Part shown: positions 14,474 to 31,003 of the stretch, one piece after another
Position numbering within the stretch: the first letter of the stretch is position 1
Layout of the letters: each line of letters starts with the position of its first letter
Assembly (NCBI GenBank): GCA_012295275.1
Contig: CM022678.1
Span: 7,254,001-7,318,000 of the forward strand
Direction: 5' to 3'
Length of the DNA stretch: 64,000 bases
From: Chrysomallon squamiferum
Lineage: Eukaryota > Animalia > Mollusca
Notes under the pieces: generated by a model
What the model was told of the DNA's origin: nothing
Seen by the model: only the letters and a program-made list of their open reading frames with translations
Database searches by the model: none
Translations under genes and position numbers: made by a program

Positions 14474-17194
14474 CTCCTAGTATCCATTCGTGTGATCATA
14501 TCATCGACTGCTAGTAAGAAATATTTTACACGAAAATGCATAGATTGGCGAATTAAGCGCCGCGAACTCATTAAACAAAAACGATGCTTTGAACTGCAAC
14601 CGACCGAGGTCAGTTATCTAACACACGCATCTTACGTCTGTCGTCCTAATCTACGCCATTTCATCGCTTGCCACGCTTTAAAACTACGTCTGCGCAGCAT
14701 CAAAGTTCCATAACTCTTCCGTAATGGAGAGGCGACTCCATAAGTCTCTATTAACAACGAGTTATAAATTACAGATGGATTTTTAAATAGATTCAAAGCG
14801 CAATAAAACGACTTGTAAAGATTTCTTTCAAGATGCGAAGCATTTCGTTATCCGTTATTAGTTTTATTATTATTATATATTTTTTTTTTTTTTTTTTTTT
14901 TCGAACTGGAGAAGTAATCAGATATTCGACTATAAAAGGTAATTCATAGTTCTTTGATTCTGACAGTAGGATTACTTGTTCTGCGATAGATCTGTTTTTC
15001 TTCCTGATCGTGTTGACTTTATCTGCAAGGGAATAGTTGGACTGAGTATCGTTGTTACCTGAGGTATGAATTTTTATCCCCTTTGGTAAAATTAGCCAAG
15101 GATTATCCAGATATATATATATATATATATATATCAGGGTATGTGTGTTTGTATGTTAGATATATTCGTTTTATTATTATTATTATTGTTGTTATTATTA
15201 TTATTGTTAGCATTATTATTAGTAGTAGTAGTAGTAGTAGCAGTAGTAGTAGCAGTAGTAGTAGTAGTAGTATTAGCAGCAGTAGTAGTTGTAGTGATAG
15301 TACTAGTAATAGTAGTATCATTATTATTTAAAATTTTATTTCTTATTATTAATTTCTTATTATTTTTATGTTTTATTTATTTATTTATTTGTCCATTTAT
15401 TTATTTATTTATTTATTATTATTATTATTATTAATTTTTATTTTTTTTTTTTTTCTCTTCTACATTTTAGAATATTTCTTCATTTCATTTACATTTGTAT
15501 ACATGTTATCTTTCCTTTTTTTTTTCTTTCTTTTAACTATTCATATATTCCTGCAGTTATTTCTGTATACCTTTTTTTTTTTTTTCTCTCTCAAATATTT
15601 TTTTTTTACGTTCCGTAATAGCCTTTCTGGACTAGCTCAAGATTCTGCGGAAATTTTATTTGACAGAAAGTATTTATCTGTTATGAATTATGTAAGCCAT
15701 AAAACGTTTCAAACATTGTCAGAGATGTTTAACAACTTTGTCTAAACAGGCAAAAAGGAGCCAGTGAAGAAAGAAAGAAAGAAAAAAAAAAAAAAAAAGA
15801 AAAGAAACAACAAACAGGTAGAAAAAAGATTACTGTAAAACAGTGCAGAAGTACTTATGAATGTTACTATAAATATCTTTAGTCTCGATTTTTCAAGAAT
15901 AATAATGCTAATTATTCACTTTGATAAGCGAAGTTAGTGTACGAAACTGCGGCTATCAGTTGACATGACTCTAATCGTCATCATCATCATCATCATAATA
16001 ATCCTTATCATCATTATTCATAACCATCTTCTTCATCATTCTTTTATATTTACTTATAATTTTTCGGCTTTGCAAATTATTCAGTCATGGCTCGGCTGCG
16101 ATTTAGTACGAAGTTACCGGAAACTGTTAGGAAAATTTCAAAAGTCTGCATGCTGTAACTGCACTGTGTGTGTTTTGTCATTTCTCAGACATTTATTTTC
16201 TTACTGTCATTATAGTGTTTATATGACTTTGAAAAATAGAAAAATAACATCGTAACAGAATAAGGAGTCCTTTCTAGTCATTACACACACACACACAGAG
16301 AGAGAGAGAGATAGTCTGAAGCAACATTAATTATTAGAAGTCTTTCTACTACTACCACTGCTGCTACTTCTGTTACTACTATAACACTGCAGCTACTCTA
16401 CATTTGCTGCTAGTATTAAACCACAACTATTACTGCTACTACTACTTTACTACTTCTTCTACTACTGCTACTTCGACTACCACTGCTGCTATTTCGACTA
16501 CTTCTACCACTACTACTACTGTTGCTATTTCTACTACTGCTGCTACTTCTGTTACTACTACTACTATCACTGAAACTACTCTACGTTTGCTGCTAACATT
16601 ACAACCAAAACTATTACTATTACTACTACTGTTACTGTTGCCTTCTACTACTACTACTACTTCTTCTATTACTACTGTTATCAAATAGCTGTGTATACTA
16701 CTACTACCACCACTAATTATACTTAAACAGGTTTTACTATCTTCTGAATATTCACTACTTCTGCTTTTATGACTACATGTTCTGCTGCACCTAGTAACGT
16801 CATTGTCAGCACTGTTGATATTCCAAGAAACAAAATAAAAACCATGGGATATAAAACAAAAATAATAATAATGAGGACAGAAAAATGGAGAGAGAGAAAA
16901 ATAAGGAAAGATCAAATGGAGAGAGAGAGAAAAAAAAAAAAAAAAAAAAATGAAAAAGAAAAAGTAAAAAAAAAAAAAAAATGCCCCAAAGTATATATAT
17001 AAATAAATAAAGAAAAAGTAGAGAAAAAAAAAAAATAAAAAAAAAAAAAGAAACGAGAGACAGAAAAAATTAACAAAAAGGTATATGTCATAAAAAAAAG
17101 ACAAAGTTTAAAAAAAAAAAAGTAAGAAAGAAAAAGAAAGAGAAAGAGAGAAAGAGAGAAAACAAACGCTAAAAATACAATGAGACAGGTAAAG

Positions 17195-17316
<122 letters not shown>

Positions 17317-17931
17317 AACAACAACAACAACAACAAAGTAATAAAGAAAATAACTAAAAAAAAAAGCTCAGACAAAACAATCGGTTTCTCACGTTGCTAA
17401 GCCACGCTCAAACGAATCACTCAATATCTCGAACATCGGTTTTCTCGAAGTGTCGAGTTTTACGTTTCGAGTTAATGCAACGGACAGGCGAGTTGAAAGC
17501 AAGAACACTTCTAACAGGCGTCGATAAATCAAAGTAGAAGTCAATGAAAATCTAGTTAAGTAACTATTTGTTTTTCCAATCGCCAAAAACCATGCAAAGG
17601 AATTTTTTTTTTCTTTTTTTTTTTTCCCACCGTCTTCGAGTGAAGATATTCTTTGGTTTCTTTATGACGCAGATTCTTTTAATGGAATTCAGGGGCGGTT
17701 AAGGATATCCAGAAATGGAGAGCTTCTTCTTGTTTTTTTTCTTCTGTTGTGGTGGGTTTAACTTTAGAGAGAGCGTTAATGATTTTTATTTTATTTTATG
17801 GTATTTTATTTTATTTTATTTTTTTTTTAAAGAAAATATAAATAATAAAATAAAGTATAAATCTGGTCGGAAAAAACTAAGACAGCATTAATTAAAAATA
17901 AAAATATAACTAGTAGTAACAATAATAATAA

Positions 17932-18037
<106 letters not shown>

Positions 18038-18732
18038 TAGAAGAAGAAGAAGAAGAAGAAGGAGGAGGAGAAGAAATGAATACATTATACAAATGAATGA
18101 ATGAATGAATATTCCAAAAAAGGAAATATTCAAAAAAAATAATAAAATAAAACAAATGATTCTGAAAAAAAAACAAAATAAAACAATAATTAAAATAAAA
18201 TAAAATGAACTAACAAAACAAAACAAAACAAAACATTAATTAAAATAAAATAAAACAAAACAAACTAACGAACAGAATAGAATAGAAAAGAATAAAATAA
18301 AATAAAACAAAACAAAACAAACAAACAAATAGAATAGAATACAACAGAATAAATTAAAATAAAATAAAACAAAACAAACAAACAAATAGAATAGAATAGA
18401 ACAGAATAAATTAAAATAAAAAGATGAAAACAAAGAGAAAACTGGGAGATGCTGTGTAACCTCCTCTAGAATCCTCACAGGAAACTGGCCTGCTGAAACT
18501 GTCTGCTAGGTTCACGTGTTACAAAGACACGTCTAACATGCAGCAGAAGTACGAAAGCAGGCTTAGGTCAGTGGTTAGAACGTCCGCTAGAGAACAGAGA
18601 GAAGTGTCGTACTGTAGGTTTTCCCATTCTAGCCAGAGACCCATACTGATGCATCAGTGTCTGCGTTAAATTAATAAAGAAAGAAAGAAAGAACTAACAA
18701 CAAAATGAACAGCTTCAGCATGCGATATTATT

Positions 18733-18805
<73 letters not shown>

Positions 18806-19116
18806 GTATGTAAGTATTTAGACACACACACATATCTACATACACTTATTTATTTTTGTATTTATATTATTTCATTTACCGTTTTCTTCTTCTTTCTTTC
18901 TTTTTTCTTTCTTTCTTTCTTTCTTTCTTTATTTGTACGTAGTAAAATAAAGTAACGTTAAATGAAATAAAAAACTAAAAGTAAAATAAAAGGAAACGAA
19001 CCCGGAAACTGTTAAACTATCAGTTAGTCATTAATTCCTTGGCATTTTGAGATGAATTCGTAACTGCCGTATCAAATCACTGGAACAGACAAAAACATCA
19101 ATGAAAGTAGACTAGT

Positions 19117-19245
<129 letters not shown>

Positions 19246-21069
19246 CGATGGAGAGAGAGAGAAAAAGGGAAGAGAAAAGACAGAACAGGAAATCAGAAAA
19301 AGAGAGAGAGTGAATAGAATGACAAAAAAATGAAATAAGGATTGAAAGAAAAAAGAAGTAAAGTTATAAATAAGAAAACAAAATTAAAAAGGAAGAAGCA
19401 AACGTAGGAAAATGGATAGAAGAAAAAAATAACAAAAAAGAAACAGAAAAAACATTTTGAAAGAAACAAAAAAGATGGGAAAAAAAAGATGACATAAAAA
19501 AAAGAAGGGGAAAAAAAAAAAAAGAAAAAAAAAGAAAAGAAAAAAGAAGAGAAATAGAAACTAAAATGCTAAAAACAAAGGAAAGCAAAAAAAAAAAAAA
19601 AAAAAAAAATTGAAGAAGAAAAATAATTTAATTTCTGTTCTGTAAATTACACAACACCAAAGGAAAGAAATTAAACAAAATCAAGAAACGAAAACCACAA
19701 AACAAAAAAAAAAAAAATAATTAAAGTAAAAGAAATTGATAAGAAAAATAGAAAAGAAGACAAAAAAAAAAACCAAAAAAAAAAAAACCGTCAAACAAAC
19801 TCGGAAGAAATTTAAACTGTGCTTTAGTGATTCATTTATTAGAAAAATAAAACGAAAATAAATCGATAAGCCAATGCTGAAAAAAGTCCACACTATTCCG
19901 TAAACTGCTGTGATTGGTTGAACCTCGTTTACCGAGACGACAAACATTCTCTAACGATTGACGTAATCGAAAATGGACATTTCCCACTTTTCTTTTTCTT
20001 ATAAAACTATTCTTAACGAATTACAAGATGTGAAAATACGTTTGCTTGGATTTTTCTAAATACGAGAATAAAAATAAATACGATAAATATCCCCAAAATA
20101 AATAAATAAATAAATAAAAAAAATTAGAAAATAATCTAAAGAGACAACATTCAGAAGAAAAAATTGTAGCAGTAGTAGTGAGTGTGGTGGTGGTGGTACT
20201 AATCATCGTCGTAGTAGTAGTAGTAGTAAAGATAAAATAAATAAAAAAAATTAAAAAGACGAGAATAATTAAAACAAGGGAAAAATAAAAACAACATCTA
20301 AATGCAACAAGACGGAAGTAATCAAATTTAAATAAAAAAAAATAAAATTAAATTAATAAATGAATGAATAATTAATTAAATAAACGAATAACGAATGAAC
20401 GAATAAAATAAAGAAACATACACACAAAAATAAATAAATAAATAAATAACTACGTATATAAATCATTAATTGTCTAACTAAACAAACAACAAACAAACAA
20501 AGAACAAAAAAGAAAAAAAAAAAAAAAAAAAAAAAAAAAACACCAAAAACCCAATAAAAACCAGAACACAAAAAATGAATCCCAAAAAAAAAAAAACCTT
20601 GCGTAAAACAGAACCAGATAATATAATTAGCGATTATTTAGAGAAATAAACAGAATAGTAAAAACGGCCTTCACACAAAAACGAATGAAACGGTTTTAAA
20701 AAGACGTTGATGACTGAAACGAGGTAATGAAATTTGCATGTGTAAATCTGGATAAGATATCCATAAATCAAACAGGATGTTTGTTTTTGGGGTTGTGAAC
20801 TTATGTGAAGGCAACTGACTGGAATGAGTAAACATAATCTACCTTTTCATCGCAGTATTCAGTTTAAAAAAAAGCTTAGCTTTTATGGTAGACCGGTTGA
20901 GTCATAATTGTCTAAAATGCTTGGCAGGTAATCTGCATCAATTAAACAGACGTTTTATTTCGACAGCATGAATGAATAAATAAATAAATAAATAAAATAG
21001 AGTCTTTAATGCAGATGACGTAAAACGGGACTCTTGTTTTAGCTAAGCTAATTCGGTAAGAACGATTAA

Positions 21070-21640
21070 ATTATCGATGAATCGATAGTACAGGATGATG
21101 AAAAAAAAAAACGGTTTAAAAAATCGATGTATTATTTGGCAAAAATATTGATAGAATGACAGAGATATCGATGAATCGATTGTACAGGATGTTGAAAAAA
21201 TGGTTTTAAAAAAATCGATAAATAACGATATTGATAGAATGATAGAGATATCGATGAATCGACTGTATAAGATACTGAATTTTTTTTTTTTTTTTTTTTT
21301 TTTTAAATGTTAAAAGATCGATAAATTATTTCATTAAGATGTTAATAGAACAGTTGAAATATCACTGAATCGTTTGAGAACGACGTTCAGACACCGGTTA
21401 AAAAAAAAAAAAAAATCGATAAACAATTTGGTTAAAATGTTGATAAAATGGATGAAATATCGGTGAATTATTTTCGGTGCACGTTGAGAAACTTATTTAA
21501 AAAAAAAAAAAAAAAATCGATATATCATTCGGCTTAGATGTTGATAGAATGGTTGGCATATCGATAAATCAGGTGCCTACGAATAAGCACTAAACTGAAT
21601 GGCTATGACTCTGACATATCCGGTTGAAATATCGAAACAT
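21070..21640 (+). repeat. Degenerate tandem repeat, 5-6 units of ~85-110 bp, rich in ATCGAT
   Basis: Recurring ...GATAGAATG...ATATCGATGAATCGA...GATGTTGA...(A/T)n...AAAATCGATA pattern. Confidence 0.8.
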
Positions 21641-22107
21641 CTTTCGCTAATAAAAATGACATTCAAAGAGAATCAAAAATAAAATATTAAAAATAAAAAA
21701 TGTGAAGTAACTGAAAATACGTATTAAAGGATTTTAATCGCTAGCCGTATAATTGCTGTAGTACATATATTTGTTATTATTATTAGTAGTAATAGTCGAA
21801 ATAGAAGTCGTAGCAGTAGTGGTAATAGTAGTAGTAGTAGTAGTAATGTATTAGTATTACTGCTGCACTACTACTGCTACCACCACATCTACTTCTACTT
21901 CTACTACTGCTAGTAGTAATAATGTAATACGACTACTACTGCGACTTCTATTTCGACTACTACAACGACTTCTATTTCGACTACTACTACTATTACTACT
22001 ACTACTACTAAATATGTGTACTATTTCTATTACTACTACTAATAATAATAAAATAGTAACTATAGTGATAGTATTAGTAGTAGTAGTAGTGATAGTAACT
22101 ATAGTTA

Positions 22108-22175
<68 letters not shown>

Positions 22176-22969
22176 TTGTCAGTTATTGTTCTAGAAATAA
22201 AAATAACAGTAGTTGACGCCTTTGTTTTATATTTTTGAATTGTGACCCGAATGGTCAGCCATACTTTTAACATAATATTATGAAATAGTAGCTGAAACCG
22301 TCGTAAGAGTTCAGGTTGTTATTATTTATTTATTTATTTATTTGTTTATTTGTTTATTTGTTTATTTATTTGTTTGTTTGTTTGTTGGTTGGTTGGCTGG
22401 TTGGTTGGTTTATTTTATTTTATTTTATTTTTTTATTTTATATTTTTTATTTTTTTCTTACTTTATCTATTGAATTGGTACATATGCACTTTTGAATTGA
22501 AAATATACATTATCATCATCGGGAAGCTTAAATGAAAATAAATTTCCGGTGAGCATGCGTATTAGAATGATATTTTAAAAAAATTTAAAAAATCTAGAAA
22601 AATCAAAAACAAAAAAATCTGTAATACTTAAATAGTAATACATCTTCATTTCTTATGTCACACAAAATGATCTGTCATTTCTAGAAACTAATTATTATCG
22701 CTTTGTTTTGTTTTTTTTTTTCTAAGAAACAATATTTTACAAAAGAAGATTTGAAGAAATATTTTATTTTACGACCCACTGAAGATATGTGGCTTTTAGA
22801 TAATTTTTTTTTTTTATAGTTAAGCTTTATCCCGTTAAAATGAATGAATACCTCTGGATGTGAGTTTCATAGCCTTTGATATTTTTTTTTCTGTATTCTT
22901 CATTTTTTTTTTTTCTATTCGTATGTTCCCTGTGTGTTTTCTGCGTAGCCATTTCTAAAGAAAATATAA

Positions 22970-23290
22970 CATACTGATGATTAAATATAGCACATCGATG
23001 AAATATAGCACCACAAATGATTAAATGTATCACACAAATGATTAAATATAACATACTGTTGATGAAATATAGCACACAAATGATTAACTATAACACACTA
23101 ATGATGAAACATAGCACACAAATGATTAAATATAGCACACAAATGATTAAATATAGCTCACAAATGATTAAATATAGCACACACATGATTAAGTATATAT
23201 AGCACATACATGATTAAATCTAGCTCACAAATGATTAAATATAGCATACACATGATTAAATACAGCACCCATGTGATTAAATATAACACA
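22970..23290 (+). repeat. 21-bp minisatellite, ~15 units
   Basis: Unit ATGATTAAATATAGCACACAA. Confidence 0.92.
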
Positions 23291-23374
23291 ATTATAGATG
23301 ATAACATCTAGATTAAAATATACAGAGACTGGGTTAATTACTTTATTAATCATTAATTAATTCTCATCTTTTCA

Positions 23375-23765
23375 CTGTGTTGTTTGTTCATCCATTATTT
23401 TTTTAGTTCTTTCATTCATTGATGTGTGATAATTAATTCAATTATTATTTTGTTATGTTCTTTTCATCCATTATTTTGTTAGTTCTTTCATTCATTGATG
23501 TGTGATAATTAATTCAATTAATTATTTTGTTAATTATTAAATCATATTTGGTTTGATTCATTATTAATTCGTTTTTTTTTTTTTTTTTAATTTATTCATT
23601 ATTGTTTCATTTTTTTTTAAATTTTCTTTATTCATTCAGCTATTCAAATATTCATCGTTTCATTCCCGAATTTATTCATTACGGTTTCGTTTTTTTTTTT
23701 AAATTTATCTTTATTCATTCAGCTATTCAAATATTCATCGTTTCATTCCCGAATTTATTTATTCG
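23375..23765 (+). repeat. Two short local direct duplications (~68 bp and ~87 bp spacing)
   Basis: TTCATCCATTATTTT..TTAGTTCTTTCATTCATTGATGTGTGATAATTAATTCAATT occurs twice; TTTATTCATTCAGCTATTCAAATATTCATCGTTTCATTCCCGAATTTATT occurs twice. Confidence 0.85.
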
Positions 23766-24024
23766 ATCTTTTCAATTCAGTTACTCGTTTATTTATTTCA
23801 CATTTGTTTCAAAAACAATAAAATTTTGCACTTTTTCTTCAATTTGTTCCCACTATGCACTTTAAATATCGATTTTCTTTGAATTTATTAGCCTTTAACA
23901 ATTTTAAAATGTTTATATAATTTTTTTTTTTTAAAAACTCTAAAAAAAACCTAAAAATAGAAACGGTGGATGAAAGAAAGAAAATGCAAGCACAAACATA
24001 CGATAGAAAAACATTAAAAGAAAA

Positions 24025-24102
<78 letters not shown>

Positions 24103-24408
24103 CAAAAATAAATAAATATTATTAATTAACTATCTAATTATTTATCATTATTGTTGTTGTTGTTGTTGTAGTCGTCGTTGTCATTGTTGTTGTTGCTTTC
24201 GTCTTCGTCGTTGCAGTTAAATTATTAATCTTTGATAGTCCGGTAACAGTCAGTATTTGCTGGTTCTTACTTTCTTCTTTGGTTATTAAATAAATACTGT
24301 TCGAATGAAAAATTAGGCGAAAACAAACGAAATATTCCGAAAATTACAAATTCTGTTTTGCATGTAATCGGCTCCTGACATCAACAATACTATTACGTAA
24401 CAGATTTC

Positions 24409-24465
<57 letters not shown>

Positions 24466-24629
24466 TACTACTACTACTACTACTATACTGCTATTACTAC
24501 TACTACCACTACTACTACTATCATCATCATTATCGTCATAATGTTAGATATTTTACTCGACGCTTGATAATTTTAATTTTTCTTTCTCTTTTCCGTTTTT
24601 TTTTTTTTTTTTTATTTCTTTTTTTTCCC

Positions 24630-24836
24630 TGTTAGCAATAACAATGAAAAGATTAGTTTTAATACTTTTTTATTTAAATGCTGTAAATTACTCTGGAATA
24701 AGACTCTGTGATGTAGAGGGATAATACTGGCCACGAGGGATCTGTGGTTAGAGTAGGGATTACGAATAATGAAGCGAAATCTCGCCTTTTCAAAGTGTTG
24801 TGTGATTTAACATCGATGTTTGCTTCTGAAATTGAT
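24630..24836 (+). repeat. ~207-bp complex repeat, copy A; inverted partner at 56088-56296
   Basis: TGTTAGCAATAACAATGAAAAGATTAG...GGCCACGAGGGATCTGTGGTTAGAGTAGGG...GAAATTGAT; the reverse complement is found with few mismatches at 56088-56296. Confidence 0.95.
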
Positions 24837-24882
24837 TAGTAACAGATTTCACACCGATACAGAAAAAGAAGAGAGAGAGATT

Positions 24883-25612
<730 letters not shown>

Positions 25613-25739
25613 GTCTTTCTCTTTCTTTTTCTTTATCGTTTCACATTGCTACTTTGCCTTGCCACTATGAGTCTATCTCGTGCTATCTCTCTCTATGCCT
25701 TTCTTAAACCCATTTATTTATTTCTTTTAGCCCCCCTCT

Positions 25740-25772
<33 letters not shown>

Positions 25773-27849
25773 AAGGAATAGAATGTTTTTTTTTAGCCAG
25801 ACACTTGTCGCTGTGGTGCTTAGATAACAGACAGAGCAAGGAGTGGGCAAATACAGCGCTTTTAATTTCTAATTACGGAGGACAATTTGTTCTCTCCGAC
25901 ATGCGCCGAATAATCCGGTTTAGCATGCGGCAATTTCCGTCGAGTCCGAAGTGGAAATGTCCAATAACCGAAGGAATTTTATTAGATGTAATTTTAGAAA
26001 AAAAAAAAAAAAAAAAAAAACAAGAACGAGAAAGAAGCTCAGATAAAATAAAACAGAAAGGAAGAAGAAGAAGAAAAAGAAGAAGAAGAAGAAGAAGAAG
26101 AAGAAGAAGAAGAAGAAAGAAGAAGAAGAAGAAGAAGAAGAAGAAGGAGAAGGAGAAGAAGAAGAAGAAGAAGAAGAAGAAGAAGAAGAAGAAGAAGAAG
26201 AAGAAGAAGAAGAAGAAGAAGAAGAAGAACTAGAAAAGGAAATAAAAAAGAAGAGAAAAAAATGAAAATGTTCTAAAATAAATAATAGGCTTGAAGAAGA
26301 TTTGGAACCCAGCCACCTATTTTTATTTCAGTAATGATGATGATGATGACAATGAAAAATGATGATGAAAATGATAATGAAGAAGAATAATAGAAATAAA
26401 ATGATGATGAAAATTACGGAAGAAGGTGGAAGCTGAATAATAATATTAGACACAGCTACTAGAACTGTGAATAAACTATATTAATAGAATAGGTAGTAGA
26501 ATTATTTTGTTCTAGTAGTGATTGTGAAAAAATAGGATTAGTAATAGCAGTAATAGTAGTAGTAATAGTAGAAATGGTAGTAGTAGTATTAATAGTAGTA
26601 GTCGTGGTAGTAGTAGTAGTAATAGTAGAAATAGTAGTAGTAATAGTAGTAGTAGTAGTAGTAGTAGAAACAGTGGTTGTAGTAGAGGGGTAGTAGAAAA
26701 AAGTAGTAGTAGTAAAGAAACAAATTTTAATGGGGGATGGAAAAGAAAGATAAATTTTAATGGATGGATGAAAGATTTTGAAATTAGTAAAGCAATGAAG
26801 ATTAAAAAATAAATAAAATGAAAAAATAAGATAAGTCAGTATTTGCCTTCAAGCAATTTTCTTCTGAAATCCTAATATATTATACAAACAGCTTGCAGAA
26901 CATTCATATATATATGTGAGCCAAACACTAAACAGACTCGTTTGGAATGCATGTATCTTTTTTTACTTGTTTATTTGTTTATTTGCTTTTCTTTTCTTTT
27001 TATTAGTTAGCTCGTGAACAATGTGGTTTGTTGAAATGATATTATTTTAAAATGTAGTAATGTGAAATGACAGGATTGCATCTGTGTTTTCTGTCTGTGT
27101 TCGTGTGAATTTGCATGCATGATTCTCTTAAGATACAGGTTTATTATGCACGTAAACATATGGATAGATTGATTATACAGATAAACAGATTATATAAACA
27201 AAAGAGACAGACAGGAAGATACAGAGACAAAAGACAGATACAGGTTGATAGACAGACAGAGAGACAAATGAGTGTGTTTGTATGCGCGTTTGTGTGTGCA
27301 TGGGGGGAGGGGCAACTATAGATCGATAGAAAGATAGATATAAAAACAGATAGGCCTCGAGATAGAAAGATAATAGATGATAGACATATAGACAGATATA
27401 TATATATTCAGATATATAGACAAGATAGATAGACAGAATGATAGACAGTCAGACATACAGGCAGAGAGATTTAGATAGATAGATAAACAGACAAACAGAG
27501 ATAGAAGGCGAGCGATCATGAAAAAAACCCACGAAAATAGACAGTGAAATATTTTGAAAAAATAAAACCTAATCTAAATCAATAAGTATTTCTTTAACCC
27601 CCGTCTGACAAAGCATGCTGGTATCTTTCATTTTGCTCAGTAATTAAACGATTCCTCAATGTTTTATTCTTCTTTCTTTTCTTTCAATTTATTTTTTTTT
27701 TTTTTAAATTTTTGTTAACTTCCCTGTTCGAATTTCCTACTAATTTTTTTGTATTTATTTTTATTTTTTTTTTTATTAATTATTATTATATTTTTATTTT
27801 TTATATTTTTGCATTCTTTTTTTCCCGCTCTCACTGAATCTCAGGAAAA

Positions 27850-28288
27850 CCGTTATTTCGCGGAAAATCAAAAAATCACGAAGACTTGCAGTCTCAGCCA
27901 ATCAGCGACTCGACGTCGTCAAACCGTTCGCTTGAATCTCGCAGGTTTCCGCTGAAAAGTCCGCTGTTCGCCAGTTTTTCCCTGCTTTACTTTGCTGCGC
28001 TGCGTTGAATGGTTTTGGTTAGTTGCGCTAAAAAAAAAAAACGTTTCTCGCGCCGATTCCCAATTGGCTGTGTTGGCGTAGTAATACATGCTTTCCAGTC
28101 GGTGAGTTTCCGTTTGCATTCGGTTGTGATCGAAACGTTACTAGCAGACGTGAGTGATTTTTGTTTGCGCTGAAAATTATTGTTTCGTTTCTTTGACGTT
28201 TTTTTTTTGTTGTTTGTTTTTTTTTCTTTTTTTTAAAAGGGGAAAAAAAAAAAAAAGAGATGATTATTTTGGAACTGTAGAAGGAAAG
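27850..28288 (+). promoter_or_regulatory. CpG-rich promoter and candidate first exon(s) of a large gene
   Basis: E2F-like TTTCGCGGAAAA at 27856-27867, NF-Y consensus AGCCAATCAG at 27896-27905 and CCAATTGG at ~28060, followed by three donor-like sites: CG|GTGAGT (28101/2), AC|GTGAGT (~28149/50) and AAAG|GTAAGT (28288/9). Confidence 0.5.
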
Positions 28289-28669
28289 GTAAGTTTGTTT
28301 CTTTTTTTTTTTTTTTTTTCGTCTATTAAAAAAATAATTTGTAACGTAAATGAAGGTGACAGTTAAGTTTAAAAAAATGAGTTTTATTTGTTTTATTTAT
28401 TTCCTCAGTAATTTATATATCTTTTTTTTAATTATTAATCTTTACTCCATCTCATTTGTCTTCTTCTTCTTCTTCATCTTCTTCTTCTTCTTCTTCTTCT
28501 TCTTCTTCTTCTTCTTCTTTTTCGTCTTCTTCTTCTTTGATTTAGTAAAATTCAGATATTTATTTGTTTCGTAAATTTCTTTGATAGAAATAATGATTGT
28601 AATAAGAACGAATTTTAAATAAATTTGTAATACTGTACATAGACTGATTGTATTAAATACTGCAATGTT

Positions 28670-28752
<83 letters not shown>

Positions 28753-29132
28753 TACGTAGACATAAAACATATTGGCAGATAATAGATGGATAGACAGATA
28801 AACAGTTCTATGTATCTATATATATATATATTTATAGATAGATAGATAGATGGATGGATAGATAGAAAGAGAGATGCATAGATACTTATAAAATACGATT
28901 AGAGAGCGACGGATAGATATACAGAGATAAATAGGTAGATAAACACGGATATACAGAGATATGCAGAGGTATAGATAGAGACAGATATAGATAGAAAGAT
29001 AGACAGACAGACAGACATAGATAAGTTAGATAGGGAGATAGAAAGAACAGTAGATAAAGGGATAAGGATATGGATATATTGCCGAGAGAGATAGAGAGAG
29101 AGATAGCAGATGAAGAGATAAGGATATGGATA

Positions 29133-29234
<102 letters not shown>

Positions 29235-30151
29235 TAGAGAAAGAATTGAATTTCATTCATTGCGATTCTTTTATTAACTTCTGCTGGTTTTAAAAAAAAC
29301 CCAGCATAATCAACTATCGAAGTATTTGTTTGTTATTATTGTGCATGTTTGTGTGTTTTTCTGTTTGCATTCACGTATGATTTCATCAGTGTACTGCACA
29401 AACAACAGTTCTATTAGTAACAACATAACATATAGTTATCTCTGATACTGTAATAATAATAATAATAATAATAAAATAAATTGAGTGACAGTTCAGTTAC
29501 GACTGAATACATTTTGTAATTTATATTCGAGAAAAATCTGCGCGAACTGTAGCATCTAGGGGAGGAGTGAGTGGGTACGTTTTTATTTCTTTATTTCTTT
29601 CTTTCTTTCTTTCTTTTTTCTTTCTTTCTTTCATTTTATTTATTTAAATGGAATTCTGTGACATTTGTAAATAAATGAAAATATCCAAAAAAAAATGAGT
29701 GAATGAATAAATCCGTAAATGAAAGAAAGAAGGAATGAATTAACGATCATTGATCTATTCTGTATTGAATGATTTCTTTTTCTTTTGAATTATTTTACCA
29801 TAACTCTATGGTATGTACTATCCTGTTACTACTACTACTATTACTATTAATACTACTAATACTGCCATCATCACCATCACCACTATTACTAGTGCTACTT
29901 CTACTAAGAATACTACTGCTAATACTACTTTTATTGTTATTACTACTTATACAAATCTCTGCTATTGTTATTACTACTAATACTACTTCTAATATTAGTA
30001 GTAGTACCAATACAACATCCAGTGCTGTTTATACTACGAATACTTCTTCTGCTACTTTTCTTAGTATTAATAATACTTTTATTATTACCAATACTACTTC
30101 TGTTACTGTTATTACAACAGCAACAACAACAACAACTACTACTACTACTGT

Positions 30152-30218
<67 letters not shown>

Positions 30219-30425
30219 TTTATTACTATTACTATAACATGTACAACTATTACTACTTACAAATGTTATATTGATACTACACTTGGGAACTTCTTCTGCT
30301 ACTACTACAATTAGTACCACTACTACCACTACTACAACTACTACTACTTCTACTATTGCTGTTGCTGCTAATACCACTAATACTATTATTATTACCACTA
30401 CTGCTGCTGCTACTACTACTACAAT

Positions 30426-30457
<32 letters not shown>

Positions 30458-30972
30458 ATGGTGTTACTGTTTATAATATTGCTGATGCTGCTACTGCTAT
30501 TACTACTACTACTGCTGTTACTCTCACTGCTACTACTACTAGTAGTCGTGTTGCTGCTACTACTGCTTCTTCTACTGTTGCTGCTGCTACTGCTACTACT
30601 ACTATTACAACTGCTGCTATTGCTACTTCTATTGTTGTCGTTGCTGCTGCTACTGCTATTGCTCATATTGCTTCCTTTGCCTCTACTATTAACTATCATG
30701 AAGTTTTAGAAGAACTGTTTTCGGTTACAATAATATTAACAGCAAACATCTCATTCCCCTGCAGCTATTAACGTTAATAGTTAAATATCTTATCTAGTAC
30801 CACTACAGTTTTAGTTTTAAAAACATGGGATAGAGAGAAAAGCAATTACAAAAAAAAAATAATAATAATAATAATAATAATAAAAAATAATAATAATAAT
30901 AATAAAACGAAATAAAAATGACGAAGGAAAAGAGATGGAAAAAAAAAAGAAAATAAAAAAGAAATGAAAGCT

Positions 30973-31003
<31 letters not shown>

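Noticed and set aside
22970-23290. CRISPR-like arrays (also 13281-13760, 21070-21640, 36905-37195)
   Set aside because: Head-to-tail repeats without unique spacers, no cas genes, eukaryotic context.
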